From Lama guanicoe (lineage: Eukaryota), in the NCBI GenBank assembly GCA_013239625.1, contig MU057202.1, positions 2,927,101 to 2,991,100 of the forward strand: DNA of 64,000 nt, written 5' to 3'. Made by a program: the position numbers and the translations under genes. The notes under the pieces are model-generated. The model did not search any database, was not told the origin of the DNA, and saw nothing but the letters and a program-made list of their open reading frames with translations. Of the stretch, positions 1 to 12,300 are shown piece after piece; the stretch's first letter is position 1; each line of letters starts with the position of its first letter.

Positions 1-399
1 GTGAACTCATGAGCTTGAAAATACTTGTTTCAGTCCATTGGCCTCGTTACCCTTGCTGGCGGGCACTGTGCTCATCTTTGGCCGGGAGGGCCGTCTTGGA
101 GCTGGCCCCTGAGCCCTTGTGAGACAAGCATGATGTCTTTGGTCGCTTCCTCCCACCTGGCGTGACAAGGTGTTCCAGGTTTCTCCTGCGTAGTCCTTGC
201 CTCCGACCTGGAATCAGCCGTTTCTCCAGGAGGCCCTGATGGTGTTGCTGAGAGCCGGGCCCCAGCTCCACGGCCTGGGCAGTAAGGGTGCGGGGCTGCT
301 GGGTTCGCACACCGTTCCTCCCTCCAACTCAGACACACAGTTGAAATCCACGCCCAACGACCTCTCCTGCCTGCGCTCGGGTCTGCCTGTCCTTGTCCC

Positions 400-1650
400 G
401 CTTCTCAAGGACACCAGGAATGCATTCCAACACCACCACTCAGTGTGGTTACTGCAAACTGGTAACGTTTGTTTTGTGTGTGTTCACCCAGTTCTTCTCC
501 CCATTTTTAAGCAGGTAAATTGTGTCTCCGTGATCAGATCATGTAGCCATTGCAAACTGGACCTTCTCATTTGGTCTCAGTCCTGCACGTGAATGCAGAC
601 TGCTCACCACTAACCAGTTAGTGTGTTGTCTCCTCCAGTGGTTCTGCTTTTCTGAGTCTTGTTTTCCAGTGGTTTCTTCAGGAAGCGTTTGTGGGAACAC
701 TGTTCTCTGAGGGCTGTGTGTTGGTACAAGTTGCTGCCTCTGTCCTGGAAGCTCACTTCGTCTGGGCACTAAGGCTCACGCTTCTTCCCTTGAGTGTCTT
801 GTGTGTGCTGACCCCTCTTCTGCTGTAGTTTGACGATCTGCCCCCCCGCCCCCATTTTAAGTCACCGGGTACTTTTGTCTAGATGTCTCAAATTGTTTTT
901 CTTTCTTCTTTAAACAGTGTTTTTTATTAGACTGTGTCTTAGTATTGGTTGTTCTGCTGCCCACCCCCCGCCAGATTTGTGGTGTCTTTTTCGTGGCAGC
1001 TTCAAGGGTTTCTACACCCCCTCCCCGCCTTGGCTTCGGAAGCGTTTTCTTGGATGTGACGTCACCCCCGCGTCTCACCGTGTGACTTGGTTTCCTTTCG
1101 TCAGGCCCTGCTGAACAGATGTCGGGCCCTCTGCCTGTCAGTGTGCTCCTTTCTTGAAATCTTTTCTTTCATTTCTTTTTCATTCTTAATTGTTTCCTCC
1201 TTTCTTCCCTTTGTTTTTCTTCAGGCTTAAGTGTGTTTATTTGCTCTTGGATTCCTGCCAGTTTAGCCTTCATTTCCAGAATTGCTTCGCCTTTGTTTCC
1301 AGTCTTTTCTGAGTTCTGTCCCCTCACTTCTGAGTGTCTTCAGTGCTGGCTCATGGTTAGTGGTGTGCTGTGTCATTTCTTTCCTGCGTTTTAGTGTGTT
1401 CTGAGCTACTAGGGCAGCAGTTTCGTCTCTTGGAGGGACATGTCTCCCTAGCGTGCTTTCCCCGACTGCAGTCATGCCGCTTTGCTTCTGTTTGCTTTTA
1501 AAATACATTATCTCTGCATGAGGTTTGACCTCAGTATTTTCTGTCAGTGCATTTTCTCTGGAATTCACTTTCCAGAACATTTGGAAGGGAAGCTTGATTT
1601 GGAATAGCTCTAATTTCCGTGTTCTTGAGCTCTATTTTCTGTTGTTTGGG
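400..1650 (-). mobile_element. Old, degenerate antisense L1-like (L1M/HAL1 ORF1-region) fragment; boundaries approximate
   Basis: Strongly T-rich + strand with texture typical of antisense ancient L1; Lys/Glu/Gln-rich decayed minus-strand translations. Confidence 0.4.
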
Positions 1651-3258
1651 GGAAGTTATAAAGAACGCGGCCGCTGTTTTCTGCACTCTCCCGGCTGTTT
1701 GCCTTCCCTGCCACACTGTCTTCTAGGCTGGTCCCTTTTCAGTGTGTGTGGCCCCGGAGGGTGCCCAGGCCTGCGGCCCCTGCAGGCGGCCCCACGTCTG
1801 TCTGCCCTTGGGTTGCTACAGCCTCATCCTCCTGTTGACCTGCGGCTTTTCCGCCTCACTTCCTCCCGGAGCCCCTCATGGCTGGCAGTGTGCTGCCTGC
1901 GTGCTGGCGTGTCAGGTTCTTGCGGAGTCCTGACCGCACCACCTGTTACCCGTCACCCGGTTGTGCTGCCCTGGTTGTCCCGTGTGTTCCTGCAGGGACA
2001 TTTGGGAGGGTCACAGCCCTGCCACCACCATCCCTCCCTACTGGGACTTTTTAAAGGGTTGGGCGGCAGGACCTCCGAGATCCCAGGTCCCGCACTGTCT
2101 GCCATCAGCGGCTGCTCTGGCAGGGGCAGGCGTGCTTTCTGCTTCCCTTGGGCTCGCGTGAGGTGTGCAGGTGAGAGTGACACGCCTCGGCCGTTTGGCG
2201 GGTGGCACCCGTGACCGTGTCTGTGAGCGAGTGCCGCATGTGCACGAAGGGTTAAGACGGTAGCTTGGCTCCCCTTCCTGCAGATGGTCGTCCCCCAGAA
2301 ACTCCTCCCAGAAGCTTGGGAGCTGCTCCGTTTGAGCTGTAGAATTTACATCTGGACGAGGGGCTTAAAGGATTTAAGAACATGTGTGGAACCCGCGGAT
2401 TTAACTTTACGTCTGGTGGAATTTATCCGTTCAAAGGAGCTGTCAGTAGACTCCTGTTTGAAACTAGATGATCTGAAAATCCTAATTCAGCTGCCCCTAC
2501 CCAGGGGGCGTGCCTTGAGACCGTAGGCTTGGTGCCTGGCGAGCACCCCAGGGAACCCGTAGTCGTAGGGGCGGGAGGAGACAGATAAGTCGCGTCACAA
2601 ATACTTAGCTGTCGATAATTAAAATACAGTGTGTAGGGTGCTAAAAGTATCACGGGGCAGCGATTCCTGGTTCCTCCAGGCCCCCTGCTTTCAGGTGCTG
2701 GGTTTAGACTCCTGGTTGATAGATCATATTGGGGGTGCCGTGGCCTCGTTTCTGTTTCGGAAAAGACGGTCCCTTTTGGCCTAATCAGAGCATTTCAGGG
2801 GTGGGAAGAAGGTGACGGACTCTGGTACAGACGTGGGCCGTCTCCGGGCAGCAGGGCTGGGGCCGAGGGGAGGGCCAGGGTGCGGAGCTGAGCCGAGCTG
2901 GGGCCTGCGAGAGGTCGTCTGGGTGACACTCGGGAGGTGTGTTTGCAGCGGCGTCCGGGGGGTGGTGTGTGGGCAGGAGCTGAGGGCCCGTAGGGGTGGG
3001 GCGGGTTCCGTGGGCAGAAAGGGGACCACTGGGGACGGTTGGCTTGGGGGTGATGCGTTCAAGCTGCCTTAGGAGGGTGACGTTGGAGGGGTGCGGGGAT
3101 GGGTTGGGAAGGTGGGGCTAGTCCGGGGGGGAGACTGAGGCCGTCGGTCAGTTTTCACAGGATACTGACCTCTGGGTGGTCTGGGGCAAGGAGAGCCCTC
3201 CTGGGTGTGGTGGCGAGCCGCTGATGTCCCCGACTCTGTCTCTGCTTTTGCTTTTAAG

Positions 3259-3325
3259 TGACAGGGGCCCAGTCCCGCGTGAGTTTGATTCCTGCGCCTC
3301 GCCCGGCCTCGCGCCGCCGTTCTGG
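3259..3325 (+). other. BANP: 5' UTR part of the first coding exon of BANP (acceptor either TAAG|3259 or ACAG|3265)
   Basis: The polypyrimidine tract ctctgtctctgcttttgctttt is followed by two AGs shortly before the ATG. The exact acceptor cannot be resolved from sequence alone. Confidence 0.6.
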
Positions 3326-3395
3326 ATGATGTCAGAACAGGACCTGGCGGACGTGGTGCAGATCGCCGTGGAGGAGCTGAGCCCTGATCACCCAG
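3326..3395 (+). CDS. BANP: BANP coding exon 1 (MMSEQDLADVVQIAVEELSPDHP), ends in phase 1
   Basis: ATGATG at 3326; donor CAG|gtaggc at 3396. Confidence 0.96.
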
Positions 3396-6300
3396 GTAGG
3401 CAGCTGTGGGCGCCAGGGAGCCAGCACTCTCCCTTTCCGGGACGGTCCAGAAGAGCGTCTGGAAGCTGTCTTTCCCTTCAGTAAAGCAAGAGAAAAAGCG
3501 TCGTGTGTTCCATGTGAAAAATCCCAGTCAGAGGGGGTGTGCTCACTGCCGGCCCCACGCCCAGCCCGGTGGTCGCCTCCCGCACCCTGTCTGCCCCTCC
3601 TCCCCGCGCGCCTTCCAGCCCCCGCTCCCTGCGCCTGCCCACCTGGGCCCGCGACAGCACACGGGGGCCCCCGGCTGCCTTCTCCGGTGCCCCACTCCCG
3701 CCCGCTGCCGGCGCATCGGGGAGCCTTGGGCTCTTGTGCGTGGGCTGCTCTGTGTCTGGACACCTGTGGGGTCTTCATTCCCAGGTGTTCCCTCGCCCCC
3801 CTTCCCTGCCGACACCAGTCACGTTGTTCACACTGTATTTCTTTCACGTACACCCTGCAGTGAAGCCCCTTGCCCGTGTGTCATGGGAAATATTTGTCGG
3901 GTGAGTTCCCAGAAGCAGGACGGCTGAGCATGTTGAGAGTTCTGATAAGACACTGACCGATGTCCCAGAAACGCTCTGTTTGTGTATTCTGTGAGGTGGC
4001 TTTTCCTACACTCTTGCTGAGGCTGGGAATTTTCCTTAATGACATTAAGGCTCACATCTGCTTGGGAACCTCAGCTAAATATTCAAGATGATGCTTTGTG
4101 AGGGACCCATGAACTTCAGCAACGTCATCTATGAAACAACTTTGTCAACACTTTTATTTTATAAAAAGATTTCCTAATGAGAGTTCTCCTCCTTCTCCCC
4201 ATAAAGCTTTACGTGTTTTGTATGTCTGTTAAGTTGGAAGTGACAGGTGACCACAACTAAGGCACAGAGCGTTTTGGTTGCCTGGCTATTCTTTCTGGAA
4301 TAGTAGAATTAAAATGCTGATGTTTTTTTCCAACAAAGAAAAGAGAATTTTCAGAAATCTCATAAGAAAATACGTCTGTCTTGTGTGACGTGTTTGACGT
4401 GCTTACTGGAAGGCTTCACCGTGGAGTCCGCTGTGGTGTGCGGGGTGAGGAAGCAGCGCCGTGGCCCCGGGACGGCCCAGCAGCCCCGGAGCTGCGGGCG
4501 CCTTTCCCAGCGCTGCTCTGCAGGCAGTTTTCCTCCTTATTTCGCTTTGATTTGTTTATGAGCAGCACTGTCACCTGATAACTGCAGGATCAAGAGCCTG
4601 CCAGACCCTTGAGCAAAGTCAGGGCGTCCGGCTGTGGCTGTGGCTTTTCAGCACCCCGGGTTCTCTGTAAAAGTGAACCGGTTTGTTCAGAGCGGGGACT
4701 TGACGCCTTGACCTCAGTCAGCACCGCACCTCAGACACCAGGGAGCCGGAAGTCCAAGGCCACAGCGCTGCCAGCATGCGTCCCTGCTTTACAAACCTCT
4801 GTTCGTATTTTGGTGGGTGGATGTCAGTTTCTTTAGAAGTCACACACTGTTGTAAGAGAAAAATGTTCCAGTTATATAAATCTTACGCATTTTTAGAACT
4901 ATTAAAATTTTGACAGTTTTCTTCCCAAATAAACCCTCTTTCTGTAAGTTACAGTTCAAAGGAGGATTAAAGAAGACATTTCTGAACCTGGTTTGTTCCC
5001 CCTCTGGTCTGTGAACAGCTGGGAGCGACAGCGTACTGACGGATCCATGGAAACCCGCTGTGCGCCGGGCTCCCGAGGCCTTCGCAGTCAGAAGGCCTGT
5101 AGCCCCTGGCCCTGGTGACGGCCGCACAGCAGCAGGCACCGCCTGCCTTCCCTACGTCTGTGTCCAGAGTGGGTTTAAGATTGAGACTGTTTTTCCCTCC
5201 TCCCTGAAGTGTGAACTTTGTAAAATTTAAAGTGTAGTCAAGCAAGTAGAAGAAATAAAAATTTCCCATAATCTGAGCAACAGAACCACCTTTAAATTGT
5301 TGGCACGTACATCCTTCCAGTTTTTTCCGATTTCCACCTAAAACCAGAATGCCTGGGTTCTTGCGACTTTGCTCGCACTCCCCCCAGGCTGCAGTCTCCC
5401 CATCTGCACACATGTGCGATTGTAACTGTGATCGGGCCATCGTTTCTGATGATTGTGGTGGCTTTAAAATGAACATCTTTTGTCTGGTTTTAAAAGTCAT
5501 GCACAAAAATTACAAAGAGCAGCGTAGCAAAGGACAAAGAAGAAAATAAGCTGGCAGCCCACAGGCCGTAGGAAGTTGCTGCCGGAACCCAGCTATGTGG
5601 CCCTGCCGTTGGCGCCGGGCACAGCCATGGCGCGGTCCGTTTCCTCAGCTGCTTCGCTGCCCTTTGCTTGTCTCCTGGCGGTTCTTCACGCTGCCACGGC
5701 GTGGAGTCATCTTCCCTGTTGTCACAGGAAGTCTGCTGTGTGACCCTGGTCAAGTCACTTGACCTCTCTGGACTTGATTTCAGCTGATTTTAGGATTAGA
5801 CTAATGGTTGTCTGAGTCTGTTTATCCTCCCCGTCCTGTTATAACGACCAGCTTCCAGTGGGAGTAAATGGTTTGACGAAGCTTTTGAGAACCTATGTTT
5901 TGTTAACCATTTGTAGGCATGGGTTTTCCTTTTTTTGACTTGATTAAATGAGGATCTGTGCCCACACATTGTATGGAAGTGGATACACGGTGCATGATGC
6001 AAGCCCTCTGGTAAGCGCAAGGCTTCTTTGTCATCGTTGGCCCGTGGCTGGTTCGGATGCTAACTTACCTCCAGGAGGTCAGCTCACTGCGCTCACCCAG
6101 GGCCCTGGACAGGTTCTGTTTCTTTACTTTAGGGTTTTGAGACGAGTCATCTTGTACTTGCTGGGGCAGGCCTTGAATGCAGGCTGAGTGCTTACCCGGG
6201 GCGGGAGCCACGAAGACCCCTTGGAAGGTGCCCTGGGGAGGTGCTGACTCCAGCCACGCTGTGAGGAGGGATGGCTCTGTGTCACCTGGCATGTTCGGTT

Positions 6301-9300
6301 TGAGACTAGTGTGGTGACCAACTTGTAACAACATGGAACATGCAGACAGTGGAATGAGGTGGCCAGTGACGAGACTTGTTCCAGAGTCGGGAGGAAATCA
6401 CCACCATGGTGGGTCCTGTTGGAAAGGGCGGCTGACTGAGCCCTGAGGGAGCGGCCTGAGGCCTCATGTTCGGGTCGGCTCTGTGGTGCGTTGAGGAAAT
6501 AGTTTATCCACTATTTCAGTTTTCTTGAGGTTAAGGAGAGACCCTATTTTCTGCCAAACTAAGAATTTTTAAGTCAAAACTGTAAAAAGTGAAGAACGAG
6601 GCAGGTTGCACCATTTCTCATTTAACTATAAGGTGTCGGAACCGTTTGCTCTCCTAATATTAAACAGCTCTGTAAAACCTTGCATAACGAGTTTTCTGTC
6701 TCTGCCTTTGACTTCAGTTGTGCTGGAGAATCATGTTGTGACAGACGACGATGAGCCAGCTTTGAAACGCCAGCGACTAGAGATCAGCTGCCAGGACCCG
6801 TCCATAAAGGTACGGGTGTGGGGGGGTGTCCTTACCCGTGTCTTCTCGGGGCGCCGGGGCAGGTCAGCGCTTCGGGGCTCACAGCAGGAGGGCTGCTCTC
6901 CCAGTCCCGGCACCAGACGTCTGAGATCAGGATGTCGCAGGGCCACTGTGTCCCCTCCAGGGGCCCTGCGGGAGGGTCCTTCCCGCCTCCTCCCGCTCCC
7001 GGGGGTCCAGGCGTCCTGGGCCTGTGGCTGCATCACTTAGGTCTCTGCCTCTGTCTGCACGTGGGCTCTCCTCTGTGCCTGTGTCTCCTCTTCTGTCTCT
7101 CACGAGGACAGTCTTACTGGATTTAGGGCCACCCTAACCTAGAATGTGCTCCCTCTGTGTTCCTGTAGACTCACGGCCAAGCTGGCAGCAGTGGGAGGCG
7201 CATCGGGTGTGTGGCCTGGTCCTTGGGTTTGCAGCCACGGGTGTCCCTGTGATGGGCGGGGGCTGGCGAGGCTGCTCTCTCCATGGCCACTAGGTGGCAG
7301 GCGTGCTGTTCCCATGCACAGGACTCTCGCCAACACATGCGGGCAGGTTTCCGGGCCCTTTTGGTGTTAGGTGGAAACTGTTTTCGTAGTTAGGAAGCCT
7401 TGACCAGGTGTATGTGTAAGTTTACTGATTAATAGAATCATATCCTGAAGACCACCTAAGTTTTGTGTCCGTGGACTTCAGTGTGACTTAGAACCGCAGC
7501 CACATGGAGAAGAAGCACGAGTGAGCAGTCGCGTTTTACATGCGGAGGCTGAGCTCGTTCCCTGGCGTGTTCCTGGCTTGCACCTGAGGGGCCGCCGTGC
7601 AGGGCTGTGCAGCTGGGACAGGAGCGGCTGGCCCTTGGAACTGTCTCCTAGTGGTCACGACTCCTTTCTGAAGCTTTTCTTCTCTTCACTGCCAGTCATT
7701 CCTGTACTCCATCAACCAGACCATCTGCTTGCGACTGGACAACATCGAGGCCAAGCTGCACGCGCTCGAGGCCACTTGTAAGTCACTGGAGGAGAAGCTG
7801 GACCTGGTCACCAGCAAGCAGCACAGCCCCATCCAGGTGCCCATGGTGGCGGGCTCGCCGCTCGGCGCCACCCAGACGTGCAACAAAGTGCGATGGTAAG
7901 AGCGGGCGCTGGGCTCGCTACGCCACCCTCTCAGGGAAGTCTGCTGGGTGGCGTGGGGTCCTCGCGTCTTCTCTGTGCGTCCGTCCTTTGGGACCATCCC
8001 ACCGGGGCTTTGAAGCCGTGCATCTGTCTCTTCTCTCCTTTTGTCCGTCTGGCTGGTCTTGAGATACTTTTTCTTCATAGGTGGCGTTTACAAATCTCCT
8101 GAGCACGTCACACTCCCCACCCGTGTCCGCACGTTCTGTTGTGCTGTTCTCCCCATGTGGAGCCGAGCCGGGGCGAGTTGTGCTGGAGCTCAGTTTCTGC
8201 TTGTGCTGCAGCTCCATGGAGTGTGTGTCCGATGGGGCTGGCTGGTCTTCCACCTGAGTGCATGTCCTCGTCCAGGGCGCGGTCAGGTGCCCCTCCCGGG
8301 GCAGACCCTGTCGGCCCTGTTGGCCTTCCCATTCTTTCCCACACAGGCTACGAAGACGTGTTGTTTGTGGCGGTGGCAGCATTTGTCCTTGCACTTGATG
8401 GGAGCTTGGGGCGCTGTTACCGAGGGTCTTCTGTGGGGTCTCTGGGCCGCCCGCTGCCGCCTGCCCAGCGTCTGTGTGGGGCAAGGGCGGTGGGGCTCAG
8501 GAGTGGGAGCCAAGGGGCCGGAGGCCAGCAGCCAGCCTGCTCCCACGTCTGCCAAGTGCTCCAGGGACAGAGCAGCATTAGGGCCTTGCGGACATGCCTC
8601 AGTGTCGCAGTGGCCGCCTGTCCTGGTCTGTCTGGGACAGCCGTGGGTGACGCCTCCTTTAACTCTCAGATATGTCCTGGTGTGTTTGAGACACCGCGTG
8701 GCCCCTGCTCTGTAGCCGGGTGGGGGGCCCCGGGGCCTCTGTCCCCAGAGGGAAGGCTGGTGGTCCGTGGTGCTTCTCCCTGTGTTTAGTCCGTGTCCTG
8801 ACAGGTCAGCCGTGTTTCTCCTGGTGAACATTTGTGGAGCCTGTCAGGAGGCTCAGGCCTAGCAGCACCAATGCCTTTTTTAAAGAATAAGTTTTTTGTA
8901 ATGCACTCTTGTCTTGAAATGTATTGTTTAGAGAGTATACTTCATACATAAAAATTTAATGTAATGCCTTAACTGTAACGTAAGGAGAAATAAAAGGATA
9001 GAAATAAAATGCATGAAATAAAATAATATGCATTCTGACACGTAAATGTTTGGGTGAACTACGTGGGGAGGCAGTGAATGGGCCAGACCTCCCGTGTCAG
9101 ACCGGGAGGGCTGTCACCTGGGGACTCAGGTACCAGTTGGTGATAGAATATTACAAAAGGAGCAATTCTCAGTGATGTTTCCGATAAAGCAAAGTATAAT
9201 TTTTTCTAGACTCAAACAGTTGAATTCCTGGAAAATTCATGTTATATTAAAACTTTCTGAAAGTATTTTGTATGTGAGTGTGGACTGGGGTAAGATTCTG

Positions 9301-12300
9301 GGCTCAGAGAGTCAGAAGCATGTTTTTCACTCGCATGAACGTCTGTGACATTGGAAACCTGCGGGAAGATTTGCTTGTGGGGAGGCTGTCCCATGCCTTG
9401 AAGGCTCTCAGCCACCTCGGCCTCTGTCTGTAAAACCGGTGGCTCATAGGTGTAGCCAGGTATGTCGCCAGGGCAGCGGCCTGTGAGCTGCTGTTCTGAG
9501 GTGAGACGAGAGTGAAGGACAGGCCTCCCGCCCTGAGCGAGGTGGCCCTCCTGCTGGTGTGACCTCTGTCCGTCACCTGAGTTCGGAGGAGGTGATTTCA
9601 GGAGCTGGGGACGGGCTCCGCTGGGGCCCCGCCGCCGGTGATCTGTGCTGCACCCGTCAGCTCAGGCACGAGGACGCGTCTGCGGGGCTGGAGGTGCCGC
9701 TGCGGCTGCGCCCGGGCCGCGGGGCGCTGGTGCCGGGCTCCCTGCGGGTCGGGTCCCGGGAGGAGGCCAGGCCTCCGCGCACAGGCCGCCCTGTTTGACG
9801 CCGGCGGGTGACGGGGCCAAGTTGCACAGTTGTGCTGAATCTCAGGTTTGTCTCCCCATCTTTATAAAAGGACCAGAAGGGGCAGGTTTGCTGGGCCTGC
9901 AGCCCTGGCTCCTACAGGCCGAGCACGGACCCGCCCGTGGCCCACGCTGTGCCTTCTGGGGGCCACGTCCTGACTTGTGGGTCACATCCCTTTGGGGTCA
10001 CTTGTCTGGTGAGGGGGCTGCTCGCTTGGGTGAAGGCATTTCCAGCTGCAGGGCGCCCATCCCTCTCCAGTGACCGTGGGCCCACGGGGGACACGTGAGC
10101 AACTTCCCCGGTCAGGCCGCACCCCCGCCAGGGAGATGCTGTCTGCAAGGACAGACCGGCCTGCGTGGTGTCCTCCCTGTGCACTGACAGGTGGTAAAAT
10201 AGGAGACAAGTGTGCCAATACGGACTCAGACTGTAATCCGGTTCATCTAAGTCCGTTAGGTTTTCTGATTTTAAAGATCCACATTGTGATGTAAAATCAG
10301 CCCCTTATAGAACACGCTTACTGTTTATCGGCACACCGATTCCTAGCACTGCTAAGAAAAATGTTACTTACGTGAGTTATCGTGGGATTAATAGAAGGGA
10401 CGGGCGTTCCTCCCTTTTCTCATAGGTATGGTTTTAAACAGGCTGGGTATGAGTGATTTTTTTAAAGATGCTAAACCTGGCATTTCCCTCCACACAACTT
10501 CTGAACATGAGAACAGAAATTACCAACAATTGAGAGCTGTTAACAAGAAAATTTGGGGAGAAGTAAAGGATAAGAATTTAATCCTAGTGTATCAGTGAAA
10601 ACATTGTATATTTAAGTCAGAAAACGACTACTTTGTAAACACTGAAGTCAGTGAGAATTGTGTGTCTTGTGTGGAACCCGGAAAAGAAAGTCTCCAGAAA
10701 CAACTGAAAATCGGTTAACATTCTGAGTAGAAGGTGCTTCTACAAGTTCTTTGCTTTGGGCCTCAGATATTTGAAATAGAAACTAGAAGTGTGTAGATCC
10801 TGGATTACCTTACATCCAAATCCCATGCCTTAAACGTAGCTTACGATTCCTTGGCCCAGTTCGGTGTTTGCTGAGAGTTGCAAGTGTGAGTGTGTTCTCA
10901 CGGTGTAAATGGGGGCGACCCCGAAGGGCTTTTCGGCTGTAAGGAAGACCCTTGATGGTGGATGAGAAGTCGTCCGTGAAGCACCACTCGCCTTCCACTT
11001 GCAGAGGCCGCACCTGGCCCGGAGCCAGCTCTGCAGCTGTGGGACGCACAGCTGCGCCCCTCTCGGCGCGCCGGAATCCGCTCACCTGCTGGTTATTTCT
11101 GATTAAAACTGGCCGGACTAGACTCTGCTCTCAGCTCTCGGTTAGTTACTTGTTCTCTTGAATCCCTGGAGCACAGAAGACAGTGGGCTGCTGCCAGCCT
11201 CAGCTGGCATTTTGGATCCAGATTTCCAGATTCTGCACCTGAATGAAATTCTTTAAATAAATTCAAGAAAAAAGAAGAGAAAGAAAGAAAACCTTTTTTT
11301 CTGGCGCCGTGTTTGTGCGGTTACCTGGATGGGCTTTCATCCGACAGTGGTGTGCTCCTTCGGGAGCAGGAAAGAGGACTTGGCTTCTGCTAGCTGGGTG
11401 CTTTCTCCCTTGCGAGCGCGCCGGCGCCGTGAATTTGGGTTTTGCTTCGCTGTGATTCCGAGTGTAGTGACGTGAGGTTTCAACTCCAGAGCTGTTTCAC
11501 CTTGACACTGGAGGTGGTGGGTGCGGAAGCTTCCCTTGCTGAGCTGCAGACGCCCGTAGGGTGGCTCAGCTGTTAAGTGCCGGCTGCGAGCATTTCAGGA
11601 GCGGCCTGCGTTGTTTTGCGTGCACTGAAGGGATTGGGTGTGAAGTAAAACCCCCTTTTCTGCACTTCTTTGAGGCCAGACACAGTCATTTGAGGAACAT
11701 GCAGGAGGCAGGACAGAACTGAGCCCTGCGATGCCCGTTGGACAGCCAGCGGGAGGGCCCGTGTGCAGGCGGAGATCGGGAGGGGTGCCCCCTGCCCCTG
11801 CCCGGCGGGCCCGCACGGAGCCCGGCTGTTTGGTGTCACACGGTGACGCAGAGCCAGCTGTTCGGGGTTTGTTTTCATTAACTGAACGTAGCTGATGAAC
11901 TCAAAGAATGCTTGTGTTTCTTAGTTTTAAAAGCAATCGATTTTTATTCTCTTCATTTTTCAGTGTACATATGCTTTATTTTTATTGAGATGTAATTGAC
12001 ATGTAAGCGATTTTTATTTTTAAAAGCTTAAAAATTTCTTTTAAAGCTTTAATGTGTTTCTACAATTTTAAAACAATTGTAATGACTCAGAGGCTTCTTG
12101 ATAATACTCGAAATGAAAAACAGAAGTGATTCAGGTTCTTTTGCAGTTTTTCTTGCAGAGAGGTGTGTCATGTAAGATGTATGGGGGGGAACATCTTCAT
12201 CTTTGTTTTTCTCTAAACCGATTACGCGCCCACAGAGAATCGAGCTATTTGATCAAGAAATTATTTAAATTCCCCATAATAGGCTGATTGCTGATCCTCA

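Noticed and set aside
3176-3325. In-frame upstream extension (MSPTLSLLLLLS...) that looks like a signal peptide on BANP
   Set aside because: The Leu/Ser run is just the translated polypyrimidine tract of the splice acceptor, so the upstream ATG is intronic.
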